64,000 bases of DNA, taken from positions 1,426,001 to 1,490,000 of the forward strand of contig CP145413.1 in the NCBI GenBank assembly GCA_036867785.1, in the 5' to 3' direction. This document shows positions 55,515 through 64,000 of this stretch, piece after piece. Made by a program: the position numbers and the translations under genes. Under the pieces are notes generated by a model. It did not search any database. It was not told where the DNA came from and saw only the letters and a program-made list of their open reading frames with translations. This DNA comes from Plasmodiophora brassicae (lineage: Eukaryota). Each line of letters begins with the position of its first letter. Position 1 is the first letter of the stretch.

Positions 55515-56671
55515 CACCTAAACCGATGAACATCCATGTCGCCACAGAAGTCGTCCCCTTGGCGTCGGCACAAGATGGCATAGGCTGTTCTTGGGTGTGA
55601 TGTATCAGCCTGATTGCGGTAACGTTGACGGACCCGGGTGATGCTGTACAACGGATCCTGAGATCTTGTTCTGGAGTATTGTATCCCCTTGCATTTCATC
55701 AGTTGCCATTATGCGCCCGCGGCGCTCTGTCAAGTCGCCTTCGCTGGCCGTAGAACGCGACCCGTAAGTTGGATTTGAAACCCAGACGGGTGGGCTCTGA
55801 CGTCGGTCTCCAAATCACATGTGAACGGCGCCGGATTGTAGAGACTTCCTAGCGGAATGGCCACAGTACTGCTCTCCGTAACAATGTACCTGGGGAAAGC
55901 GTCCCCTTCGCCCTGGGTATCGCGTTTGTACGTGGCAAACAATACAGCTGCTTAATCTACAAATGCTGTCCCTGGCAAACATTAAGGTCGGATCGACATC
56001 GGTTTGTAACCCGGTGCTAGCATTCATGCAAGTTCGTGATAGAGGACAGTCAGGGGCCATCAGGCGCCGGGACATTATCGCCTTGTCGCGTACGGTGATG
56101 TTTCCTCTCGACGAGTCCCCGTTAATTGGTCCTGCTTGGTGGGACGCACCCGGGATCACGTTATTCGCGTTGAACGTGCATGCTGCTGCAGCCTAGTTGT
56201 CACCCCGAGGTACAGTTCTGTGTCTGGCTACGGCTTCAGCAGTCTGGGTCTGAACCTTGTACCAACGCAAGGGCTGGCCGACGTAGCCGTCTGGTGCACA
56301 ACAAAACAGTTTGCCGACGAGTTCAGACAGGCCGTTCAGTGACGTTGGAAGGGCACCCCAGTTCCCCAACTAGATAACGTAACGTTCAAACCATCTCTGC
56401 AGAAATCCTAGTGCACGGTTGGACATCGTCTCTGCACAGGCCGAGGCCGTGTCTCAGGTACAAATGGTTCGCCGCGTAACTTCGACAGGATGATGCTTCG
56501 AAAACGGATCATCAATTTGCAAGAGGATGCGGTTGGCGGCCTGAACAACCAACCAAGGTCCCGAGCGCGACCCTGCTCTGTCAGTCACTGCCCTGTTTGG
56601 TCGTCAGCCAGGTTGCTCGGCAGGTCGGTGGTCCTTATTCTAACCTGACTTGTTACGTGCCAGCAGACGGG

Positions 56672-57604
56672 ATGGCGCGTCGCGACATGCGCCTCGTGCT
56701 GGTCGCGACCGCGTTCAGCGTGTTCGCATGCGTCCTCCTCCTGGTCTCCTACGCCGGCGCCGGTGCCCAACGGCTCACGAAGATCGTGGAGGTGAAATCA
56801 GGTCCCCAGCCCGTACTGCCAGAGGCGGCGCAGGCAAGCCATGCGAGCGTCAAACCGGATTGGCCACCTACGCGCGAGATGCTGAACGGCATCGTGAACG
56901 ACGACAACCAGGTGACCGTCGTCGGTGTCACGTTCGAGTACCTCGACCTGTTCGAAATGCTGGAGACGTCGATCCGCCGGGCCGGCGTCAACAACCTCCT
57001 GGTCGTCTGCCTGGACCGGCCGGCCTACGACGTGCTGTCGAAGCATTACCCCGACCGGACGTACATCCCGCCGTTCGCGCCCGACTCGGCCTACCACAAG
57101 GTCGAGTACGCGACCAACGAGTTCAGCGAGCTGACGAAATCCCGGCCGGCGTTCATCTTCGCGTTCCTGAAGCTGGGCGTCAACGTCCTGTACGTCGACA
57201 CGGACATGATCTGGCGGTCGAACCCGTACGACTTCCTGAAGACCGTCATGGACGACTACGACATCGCCGTGCCGCACGACAGCGTCCCGAGCAACGTCTG
57301 CACCGCGTTCGTGTACGCCAAGTCGAACCCGGCCGCCCTGGCCTACGTCGAGGCGTGGATCAACGCGGCCGCGTCCGGGTCGTACATGCACGACCAGCAG
57401 GCGTGGCACGGGCTGTACCCGGGCTGGGCGGGGCGCTTCCGCCTGCTCGTCCTGGAGCAGGACCGGTTCCCGAACGGGTGGACCATGTTCTACAACGGCG
57501 GGTACAACTGGACCGTCCACCCGGAGGGGCCCATCATCGTCCACGCCAACTTCAAGGTCGGCCACGACACGAAGAAGGAGGAGCTGCTCAAGTTCGTCAA
57601 GTAA
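56672..57604 (+). CDS. GT77-like transferase copy 2 (recent tandem duplicate)
   Basis: Nearly identical to copy 1, same motifs. Confidence 0.9.
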   Translation: MARRDMRLVLVATAFSVFACVLLLVSYAGAGAQRLTKIVEVKSGPQPVLPEAAQASHASVKPDWPPTREMLNGIVNDDNQVTVVGVTFEYLDLFEMLETSIRRAGVNNLLVVCLDRPAYDVLSKHYPDRTYIPPFAPDSAYHKVEYATNEFSELTKSRPAFIFAFLKLGVNVLYVDTDMIWRSNPYDFLKTVMDDYDIAVPHDSVPSNVCTAFVYAKSNPAALAYVEAWINAAASGSYMHDQQAWHGLYPGWAGRFRLLVLEQDRFPNGWTMFYNGGYNWTVHPEGPIIVHANFKVGHDTKKEELLKFVK

Positions 57605-57668
57605 TCCAATACACAGAGGTGGGACGGGTTGCTGTCTGCAGAGCGGCCCCCTCCGATATCGGCAACGA

Positions 57669-58946
57669 ATGGCGTCGGTGGTCTGCTACCGGGGGTCGTC
57701 GCCCAGCAGCAACCGCCGGTGGCTGTTGGCTGTCGTCATCGCCCTGGCCAGTACGAGCGTGATCACGATGACGTGGACGGCCATGGTCATGCTGAGGAGC
57801 GAACGCGACGCCCTGGTTCAGTCGGCGGGCGTACCGTGTAGTACGGCTGCTGCAGACGCGCCGCCTGCCACCGTCCATCACGAGACGGGCGCCATCACCG
57901 TCCCCGATCTCGACCTGGTCCCGTTTGCGGCGCCCAGGCTGCCCTGCAACTGGACGACGCGATTTGCACCGAGGTGCCAGCTGGAGTCGCAGCGGATCGA
58001 GGTGGACCCGACGTGCACGTCGGGCGCGTCGCTCCTGTACACGCACGAGCTCCCGTCGCTGGGCCACATGGGCCTCAGTCTGTGCGGCGTGTTCGGCGCC
58101 CTGATGGACGCGGACGCGGCGCCCATCACGACGATGCGGTTCCACCACGCCGAATGCGGGTCGACGAGCGGCGGCACGCTGGACGGCCCCTGGATGCAGG
58201 TGCTGAAGCCGCTCATCACCGCGTTCGCCGACGAAGCCGGGCGCGTGCGTGGCCTGCGCCCCGTGCTCGAGTTCGCCGACCAGACGCCGACGTCGGCCTG
58301 CTTCTCCACCAGGCGCATACCCGCGTTTGGCGTCTGCCGGTCGGCGGCAACGGCGTACGCCATGCGCCGGTTCGTCTATGCGCATTTCAGGCTCGAGCGG
58401 CACGTCGTCGGCTGGAGCCAGCAGCCGTACCGGATCACGATTCTGCAGCGCCCCCACTACCGAAGGTTCACGAACGTCGACGATCTGGTCGACCTGATCG
58501 GGCGGCGCTGGGCGGCGCGGGTCGTCGTCGACGTCGTCGACTTTGGCGGCCGGGGCGACTCGTCGATGACGCTCGCCGAGCAGTTCCAGGTGATGGCCCG
58601 GACCGACATCTTTGTGGCAGCGCACGGCGCCGGCCTGGCCATGGGCATCGCCCTGCCGCCGAACGCGGTCGTCATCGAGGTCGTCCCGCCCGGGTTCGCC
58701 AACGACCTGTACCCGGTGCTGAACCATCAGCTCGGCCTGGTCCACATGACGCATTACGTCGCGACGGCGACCAGCGATCGCTGCGCGATCAGCAACGCGT
58801 ACGACCAGTGGGAGTTCGACGGGCACGAAGTCGGCCGGGAGTGCATCAACCCGGACGCGGGCCTGACCATCGACCTGGAACGCTTCAAGTTCGCGCTCTT
58901 CGACGCCCTGATACGCGTCTCGACGGCGGCACACACCGACCTGTAA
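57669..58946 (+). CDS. GT61-like glycosyltransferase, type II membrane, intronless
   Basis: ITILQRPHYRRFTNVDDL; MTLAEQFQVMARTDIFVAAHGAGLAMGIALPPNAVVIEVVP. Confidence 0.9.
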   Translation: MASVVCYRGSSPSSNRRWLLAVVIALASTSVITMTWTAMVMLRSERDALVQSAGVPCSTAAADAPPATVHHETGAITVPDLDLVPFAAPRLPCNWTTRFAPRCQLESQRIEVDPTCTSGASLLYTHELPSLGHMGLSLCGVFGALMDADAAPITTMRFHHAECGSTSGGTLDGPWMQVLKPLITAFADEAGRVRGLRPVLEFADQTPTSACFSTRRIPAFGVCRSAATAYAMRRFVYAHFRLERHVVGWSQQPYRITILQRPHYRRFTNVDDLVDLIGRRWAARVVVDVVDFGGRGDSSMTLAEQFQVMARTDIFVAAHGAGLAMGIALPPNAVVIEVVPPGFANDLYPVLNHQLGLVHMTHYVATATSDRCAISNAYDQWEFDGHEVGRECINPDAGLTIDLERFKFALFDALIRVSTAAHTDL

Positions 58947-59015
58947 TGTTTAACGGGTGAATGTCGAGTACAGCAGCCGACGCCGCGTTCGATCGTACTA
59001 CAGTGCCGAAGCGGT

Positions 59016-59963
59016 TTACTTTCTGTCGTCGGACGCGTCCATGTTCGTCAGGAAGCGGCCGCTCCTGATCAGATCGATGAGCATGGCCTTCTTGCTGTCG
59101 TGGCCCTTGAGGTAGTTGGCGTGGATGATGATGGGCCCGTCCGGGTTCGCCGTCCAGTCGTACCCGACCTGGAACATGGTGCGCCCGTCGGGGAACAGCG
59201 CATCGTCCAGGCGGTGCACACGCAACCCGGCGGTCATCTTCGGCGCGATCATGGCGTTGAACGCCGCCTGGTCGTCCTGGTACTTGCCCTGGTCGATGTG
59301 GTCGGCCCAGCAGCGAATGGCGTCCACCGCGGCCGTCCTGGCCTTGACGTAGATCAGCCCGGTGCACAGGTTGCCCACCGAACCGGTGATCATCATGTCG
59401 GACCCGTCGTCCTTCAACTTGAAGTACGGGAACGGGTTCCGGCGCCACAACGTGTCCGTGTCGACGTAGAACACGTTGCAGCCGGCCTCCAGGAACCCGA
59501 GGATGAACTTCGGCCGCGTGCTCGTCACCGCCTTGAACTTGCCGGTGCCCCAGACGGCGTCTCGGACGGCTTCGGACGCGGCGAACGGCGGCAGGAATGT
59601 CCTCTCGGGGTACCGAACCGACAAGACGTCGTACGCGTCCCGGTCCAGGGCGACAATGACCAGATTCTTGACACCGACCCGTTCGATCGATTCGGCCAGC
59701 AGTTCGGCAATGTCAATGTAGTCGAAGTTGACGCCGATCGCGGTGACGCGATTGTCAGCATCGACGATGTTGATCAGCATGGCGCGGGTAGGCGGCCAGC
59801 TGGGCGCGATGCCGATGGGTGCCGGCGTCGTGGACGACGTCGGCGACGACGTCAGAAGTCGGTTCGTGTGCTGCATGTAGAACCCGACATACCACGTGGA
59901 TATGACGGCTGAGGCGATCGTAACGGCGCGTAGCCTGCTCGTTATTCGCCAGGACCTTCCCAT
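59016..59963 (-). CDS. GT77-like transferase copy 3 (older paralogue)
   Basis: NLVIVALD, FLEAGCNVFYVDTDTLWRRNP, DDQAAFN, LFPDG, IIHANYLKGHDSK. Confidence 0.9.
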   Translation of the reverse strand: MGRSWRITSRLRAVTIASAVISTWYVGFYMQHTNRLLTSSPTSSTTPAPIGIAPSWPPTRAMLINIVDADNRVTAIGVNFDYIDIAELLAESIERVGVKNLVIVALDRDAYDVLSVRYPERTFLPPFAASEAVRDAVWGTGKFKAVTSTRPKFILGFLEAGCNVFYVDTDTLWRRNPFPYFKLKDDGSDMMITGSVGNLCTGLIYVKARTAAVDAIRCWADHIDQGKYQDDQAAFNAMIAPKMTAGLRVHRLDDALFPDGRTMFQVGYDWTANPDGPIIIHANYLKGHDSKKAMLIDLIRSGRFLTNMDASDDRK

Positions 59964-60496
59964 GTGCCGTCGTCTGCCCGTCCGAACAGCAGGCACCCGG
60001 CTATCGAACCAATCTACATAGGGTTGCGCCAGGCGCGCCCGGCCTGTGGGCGGCCAGCGCCTGTGACACGTCGTTGGCATCAGCGATGGCCGCCAGATGT
60101 GCCCGAGCCGGCGTCCCCGTCGGTAAAACGGAGACGGAACGTGCGATCGGTGGCAACGTTCGCATTTATTAAACGCTTGCGGTTTGTTTGACCCCGAAGC
60201 CCACATCCTGCACCGTATCGATGTCCTACGACGTGAAGTTGTGTGCTAACCGTACTCGTTATGTCGGTGCTTGGGGGCAAACCGGCGGTGGTCCTGAAGT
60301 CTGGCCGCGTCCCAGGACAACGTAGCACGATACGCCTTGCTCGTTGTTGATCTCTGTTCTGGTCGAGCACGTGTAAGGGTCGCGATCGTAGGAAGGCTAA
60401 ATGGTCCAGGAAGACGAGGCCTGCTCGATGGGGGAGACTGGAGGTGGTGAGCGCTAGCAACTGCCCATGAAGGGTATTCACTGCGACGACGACTAA

Positions 60497-60500
60497 ACAG

Positions 60501-60535
<35 letters not shown>

Positions 60536-60544
60536 GACAGACAG
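60497..60544 (+). repeat. (ACAG)n microsatellite between divergent genes
   Basis: About 12 units with two ACGG variants. Confidence 0.9.
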
Positions 60545-60667
60545 CAGTGGTCGTTGCTGGTCACCCGCAAACGGGTTGCGCCTGAGACCTGTCCCTGTGT
60601 TCCTTGTTCACGCGACAGCGGCGCTCACAACCCGGGCGAGGCGACGCCCGACCACCCACCGCGGTCA

Positions 60668-62077
60668 ATGTCGCAGGGTCGTCGGATCCCCTGGACGGTA
60701 ATCCTGGTGTCCTGCGGCGCCGTCGTCTTCCTGATCTGCATCGAATCCTGGCTGCTACTGCCGGAGCGGCTCCTTCTTCTAGCCGCGCGAGACGGTCCTG
60801 GAGGAAGTATTTCGCAGCAGCAACATCAACATCAGCAAGTGGGGCAACAGGCGACGCAAGAGCAGCAGGTCCATCAAAAGCAGCGACAGCAGCAACAGCA
60901 GCAGCAACATCAACTTCAACAACACCCACAGGTGGGGCAACCGACACCACAGGAGACGAAAGAGCAGCAGCAGCAACAAACGCCACAGCCGACGCAAGAG
61001 CAGCAGCAACAGACGCCACAGCCGACGCAAGAGCAGCAGCAACAGACGCCACAGGCAAGGCAAGAGCAGCGGCCCCAGCAGCCCCATGAGGCAACGGGCG
61101 AGCTGATCCATCAAAAGTATGGGAAGATCTACGCGGAGCAGATGGCGTTGCCAGCTGGGCGTCGCCAGTTCGTGACGTTCCGTCGCGAGGACGGCTGCGG
61201 CTGGGGCAACCGGATGGAGTCCATCCTGACGGCGTTCCGCGTCGCCCTGATCAGCCGCCGCATCTTCGTCGTCGACTACGACATGTTCGACGCCATGTTC
61301 GTCAACCCGTTCGCAGGGACCGATTGGCGCTGGGCAACGCACCAGGCCGGCATCGAGTCGGTTCCGGAAGAGCGCCGAGCGCTGACGAGATGGGGGCCGA
61401 GCATGACCACCGATGTGGACGTGCGCGACTGGGCGCCCCTCATGAACGCCAGCGACGTCGTGCAGGTGTCGCAGTGGGAGTTCGGGTTCGGCGAGCACAA
61501 GTTCGTCAACGAGCTGTACGAGCGTGGCCTGGTGCGGACGGACGAGATCGCGACGCGCGCCGCCGAGGTGGCCGCCGTCCAGCTGGCGCAACCGACCAAG
61601 GCGGTCAACGACACAGCTAGGGCGATCCTGCGGAAATGCGACATGCTGAACGATCGCCCGCTGGCCGTCATCCAGCTGCGGGCGTTCGTCGACCGCGGGT
61701 GGACGCTGGACGCGAAAGCCTGGTCGATCGTGCGCGCCGCCTTGCAGCAGGCCAAGGTGACCCGCGGCAGCCACAACCTGTTCATCACGACCGACGACGT
61801 CAACCTGCGCAACCGGGCACAGGACGAGCTCGCCGAGTTCGGGTCAGTCGGGTACCACGACGTACCCGGGGAGCATTCCGGCGAGATGCGCGTCGCCAAC
61901 CTCGACAACGCTGTGCCCAACAGCCTCGCGGAATGGTTCATCATGTCCGAGGCCGACGTCCTCATCTGCACCATGACGTCGTTCTGCAGCACCGCCGCCA
62001 AACGCAACGGGTACCGCGCCCAGGTCTTCAACGTCATGGACGGCTATGGCGAGTCGCTGTGGGTCCACAGCCGCTGA
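60668..62077 (+). CDS. Fucosyltransferase-like (GT37/GT23/NodZ clan) type II membrane protein with Gln-rich stem, intronless
   Basis: GCGWGNRM...ALISRRIFVVD; AVIQLR; LFITTDD; LAEWFIMSEADVLICTMTSFCSTAA (alpha-2/6-FucT motifs I-III); QQQ and TPQPTQEQQQQ repeats. Confidence 0.85.
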   Translation: MSQGRRIPWTVILVSCGAVVFLICIESWLLLPERLLLLAARDGPGGSISQQQHQHQQVGQQATQEQQVHQKQRQQQQQQQHQLQQHPQVGQPTPQETKEQQQQQTPQPTQEQQQQTPQPTQEQQQQTPQARQEQRPQQPHEATGELIHQKYGKIYAEQMALPAGRRQFVTFRREDGCGWGNRMESILTAFRVALISRRIFVVDYDMFDAMFVNPFAGTDWRWATHQAGIESVPEERRALTRWGPSMTTDVDVRDWAPLMNASDVVQVSQWEFGFGEHKFVNELYERGLVRTDEIATRAAEVAAVQLAQPTKAVNDTARAILRKCDMLNDRPLAVIQLRAFVDRGWTLDAKAWSIVRAALQQAKVTRGSHNLFITTDDVNLRNRAQDELAEFGSVGYHDVPGEHSGEMRVANLDNAVPNSLAEWFIMSEADVLICTMTSFCSTAAKRNGYRAQVFNVMDGYGESLWVHSR

Positions 62078-62190
62078 TATATATAAACGACGTCCTCTGG
62101 CCCTGTTCGACGACGATCGCACGCAACGCCTGAAGCCGTTTGCCCGAGCCATGCGAGAGCGCGTGTTAATTTCAAAGCGTACGACGCCTG

Positions 62191-63717
62191 TCAGATCAGG
62201 GAGCCGAGCAGGTCGGCGGTGGCCCAGCAGGACTTCTCGGGCGGTTCTTGGTCGGCGCAGTGCTGCCCCATGTACGTGCTGGTCTCGTACTGGTCCACCG
62301 ACAGGCGCATGGCCCATCGGTCGACAAAGAGCAGGCCGCGTTCGCGAGCGAGGTCCCGTGCGATGCGGTTGAACTCGATGACGCGCACGTCGCTGTTCTG
62401 CATGTTGACCGTGGAGCGCCCTTCCGGCAGTGGCTCGATGCGGGCGATGTGGACCGTGCTCAGCATGATGACGCGGGCCGGAGCCGTCACGTTCACGACG
62501 AAGTCCAGCATGGCGCCATACCGCTGGCGGTACTCGATTACCTTGGCGATCTGGGCCGGGTCCTTCGGGCAGAAGTAGTGCACGTGGTCGTGCAGGCCCG
62601 AGTTCACGATGACGACGTCGGGTTTGCGATCCCCGATGCCACCCATCAGCGTCAGGAACCGGTCGGTGGCCGGCGTCGGCGGGATCATCGTCGTGGACCC
62701 ACCGTAGTTCTCAAAGACATCGATGCCGCCGTCGTAGAAGTGTGTGAGGCGCGTGCGCGGATCGACCACCATCGGGCAGGAGTCGCCGGAGATGGCGCCC
62801 GCCTGCCATTCCGTGTCGAACATCCGGTATTCGTGGTGGCCGCCCGCGTTCCAGGTCCCCCACGGGTGCGGGTACGCGCCCCGGATGTCGCCCACAGTGC
62901 AACCCATGCGTCGCATCATCAGCATGGTCGCCTCGGTCATCGTCGAGTCGCCGACCAGGACGACCCATCGCCCCACGATGTGCTGCGCCATCGAGCGGCG
63001 GTCCCGAACGGGGACGGCCGCCGAGCGGAATCGGAACTCCTCGGACGTGTTCGAACGCCTCCAGGAGTTGTCGCCGGGGAGGTCCACCAGGTCGGGGGCA
63101 TCGCCCGGGATCGTGATGGAGCCAGGGTGAACGGGGAAACGCCCCAGGAACGGCGTGAAGCTGAACACGTCCTCTGCCTTGTGCGACCATTCGTCGGCGC
63201 GCGCGATCGGGACGAAATTCGTCCCGTGGCTGACGAGGTCGACGCGGTAGGTTCCCGGGGGCAACGCGGCAACCTGAACGACGGGCACCGACAGGCTATC
63301 GGGTGTGACCAGCACGGCTCGGCGGTACAATGGCGACGAGATGATCACCGATAGGACCGACCCATAGAGGAACGTCCACGTGCCGTTGTGCCTGCGCTCC
63401 ACCCAGATGTAGGCGACGCGATCGGCGGCCATGCAGGTCCCGATGCGGATGTCCACCGCGTCTCTGGACAGGTTCAGCTCAGGGAAGGCCATGCGCCGCA
63501 GCGACGGCAGGGGCACCAGCAGGTGTCGGTCGGCGACATGCCTTCTGCACGAGTCGTCTTCGCCGACGCCGAGCCGGATCGGGGAGTCGTGTACGATGGC
63601 GCCCGGGACGGATACGCCCAGATTGAGAATGGTCAGCAGGGCGACAACCGTCGCGCCACACACGATCGCAAGACGTATCCTGGAACGCTGCGGCGGCGAG
63701 GACGTGTTGTCGTCCAT
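62191..63717 (-). CDS. SGNH/PC-esterase-like type II membrane protein, paralogue of 44011-45627
   Basis: Shared WxFLYGxV.S..I.SP.YRRA, WVVLVGDST, RMFDTE, PDVVIVNSGLHD, FVDRW, GQHC...PPE..CW. Confidence 0.8.
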   Translation of the reverse strand: MDDNTSSPPQRSRIRLAIVCGATVVALLTILNLGVSVPGAIVHDSPIRLGVGEDDSCRRHVADRHLLVPLPSLRRMAFPELNLSRDAVDIRIGTCMAADRVAYIWVERRHNGTWTFLYGSVLSVIISSPLYRRAVLVTPDSLSVPVVQVAALPPGTYRVDLVSHGTNFVPIARADEWSHKAEDVFSFTPFLGRFPVHPGSITIPGDAPDLVDLPGDNSWRRSNTSEEFRFRSAAVPVRDRRSMAQHIVGRWVVLVGDSTMTEATMLMMRRMGCTVGDIRGAYPHPWGTWNAGGHHEYRMFDTEWQAGAISGDSCPMVVDPRTRLTHFYDGGIDVFENYGGSTTMIPPTPATDRFLTLMGGIGDRKPDVVIVNSGLHDHVHYFCPKDPAQIAKVIEYRQRYGAMLDFVVNVTAPARVIMLSTVHIARIEPLPEGRSTVNMQNSDVRVIEFNRIARDLARERGLLFVDRWAMRLSVDQYETSTYMGQHCADQEPPEKSCWATADLLGSLI

Positions 63718-63861
63718 CGTTGCCCGTTCCCACCAGAGGTGCGGCTGTGCCGATTCCCGGCAGGCCCTGCTGGGCGCGCGTCCCAAGTCAGATACAGCAG
63801 GGGACAGCTGATCAGAGAGGCCACGCCCCGAACCTGACATGGCCGCACGTTCGAATTTATG

Positions 63862-64000
63862 CTAATCAACATTCATAGCGAGGCGCAGCATCAGGTCAAG
63901 GTCCTGGCTGATACAGCTTTGCAGCGTGTCGTACCACTGAGTGCATCGATCCTGCAGGGCGTCCAGCTGGCCGCTGTCGCCCGCCAGCAACGCCTTCATG
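63862..64000 (-). CDS. 3' end of a gene running off the window edge; possibly an exostosin/GT47-like C-terminus
   Basis: Open frame MKALLAGDSGQLDALQDRCTQWYDTLQSCISQDLDLMLRLAMNVD*; the family guess rests only on the LQ...WY helix. Confidence 0.4.
   Translation of the reverse strand, partial: MKALLAGDSGQLDALQDRCTQWYDTLQSCISQDLDLMLRLAMNVD

Noticed and set aside
55515-56312. Low-GC spacer between GT77 copies, possible TE relic
   Set aside because: No identifiable protein motif or termini.
1-64000. tRNA, rRNA or other structured RNA genes; prokaryotic origin
   Set aside because: None recognised by eye (tRNAscan/Infernal not run); consistent spliceosomal introns show the DNA is eukaryotic.

Overview
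Compact, GC-rich eukaryotic genomic DNA with many short (~53-90 nt) GT-AG introns, some with TACTAAC/CTGAC-like branch points. The style suggests a protist such as a plasmodiophorid (Plasmodiophora-like); this is an inference only. The left part (0.5-21.6 kb) is mostly intron-containing housekeeping and signalling genes: a FYVE protein, a TM-anchored RhoGEF, an SLC35F/EamA transporter, a CDK7-like kinase, an EF-hand/PH/CAMK (CDPK7-like) kinase, a PB1-FW protein and a K+ channel-like protein, plus a secreted (YVPPPVGT)n protein. Six paralogues of a signal peptide + PA-like domain + 7TM receptor-like family lie between 5 and 37 kb. From 37.2 kb to the right edge is a ~27 kb cluster of mostly intronless type II membrane glycan-modifying enzymes: 3 GT61-like, 3 GT77-like, a fucosyltransferase-like protein, 3 SGNH/PC-esterase O-acetyltransferase-like proteins, an FkbM methyltransferase and an unassigned DxD protein. 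The window also holds mariner- and CACTA-like transposase relics, several long degenerate fold-back palindromes (up to ~1.35 kb), and inserts of scrambled gene fragments bracketed by direct repeats of gene ends. All family calls are motif recognition by eye; no database searches were run.
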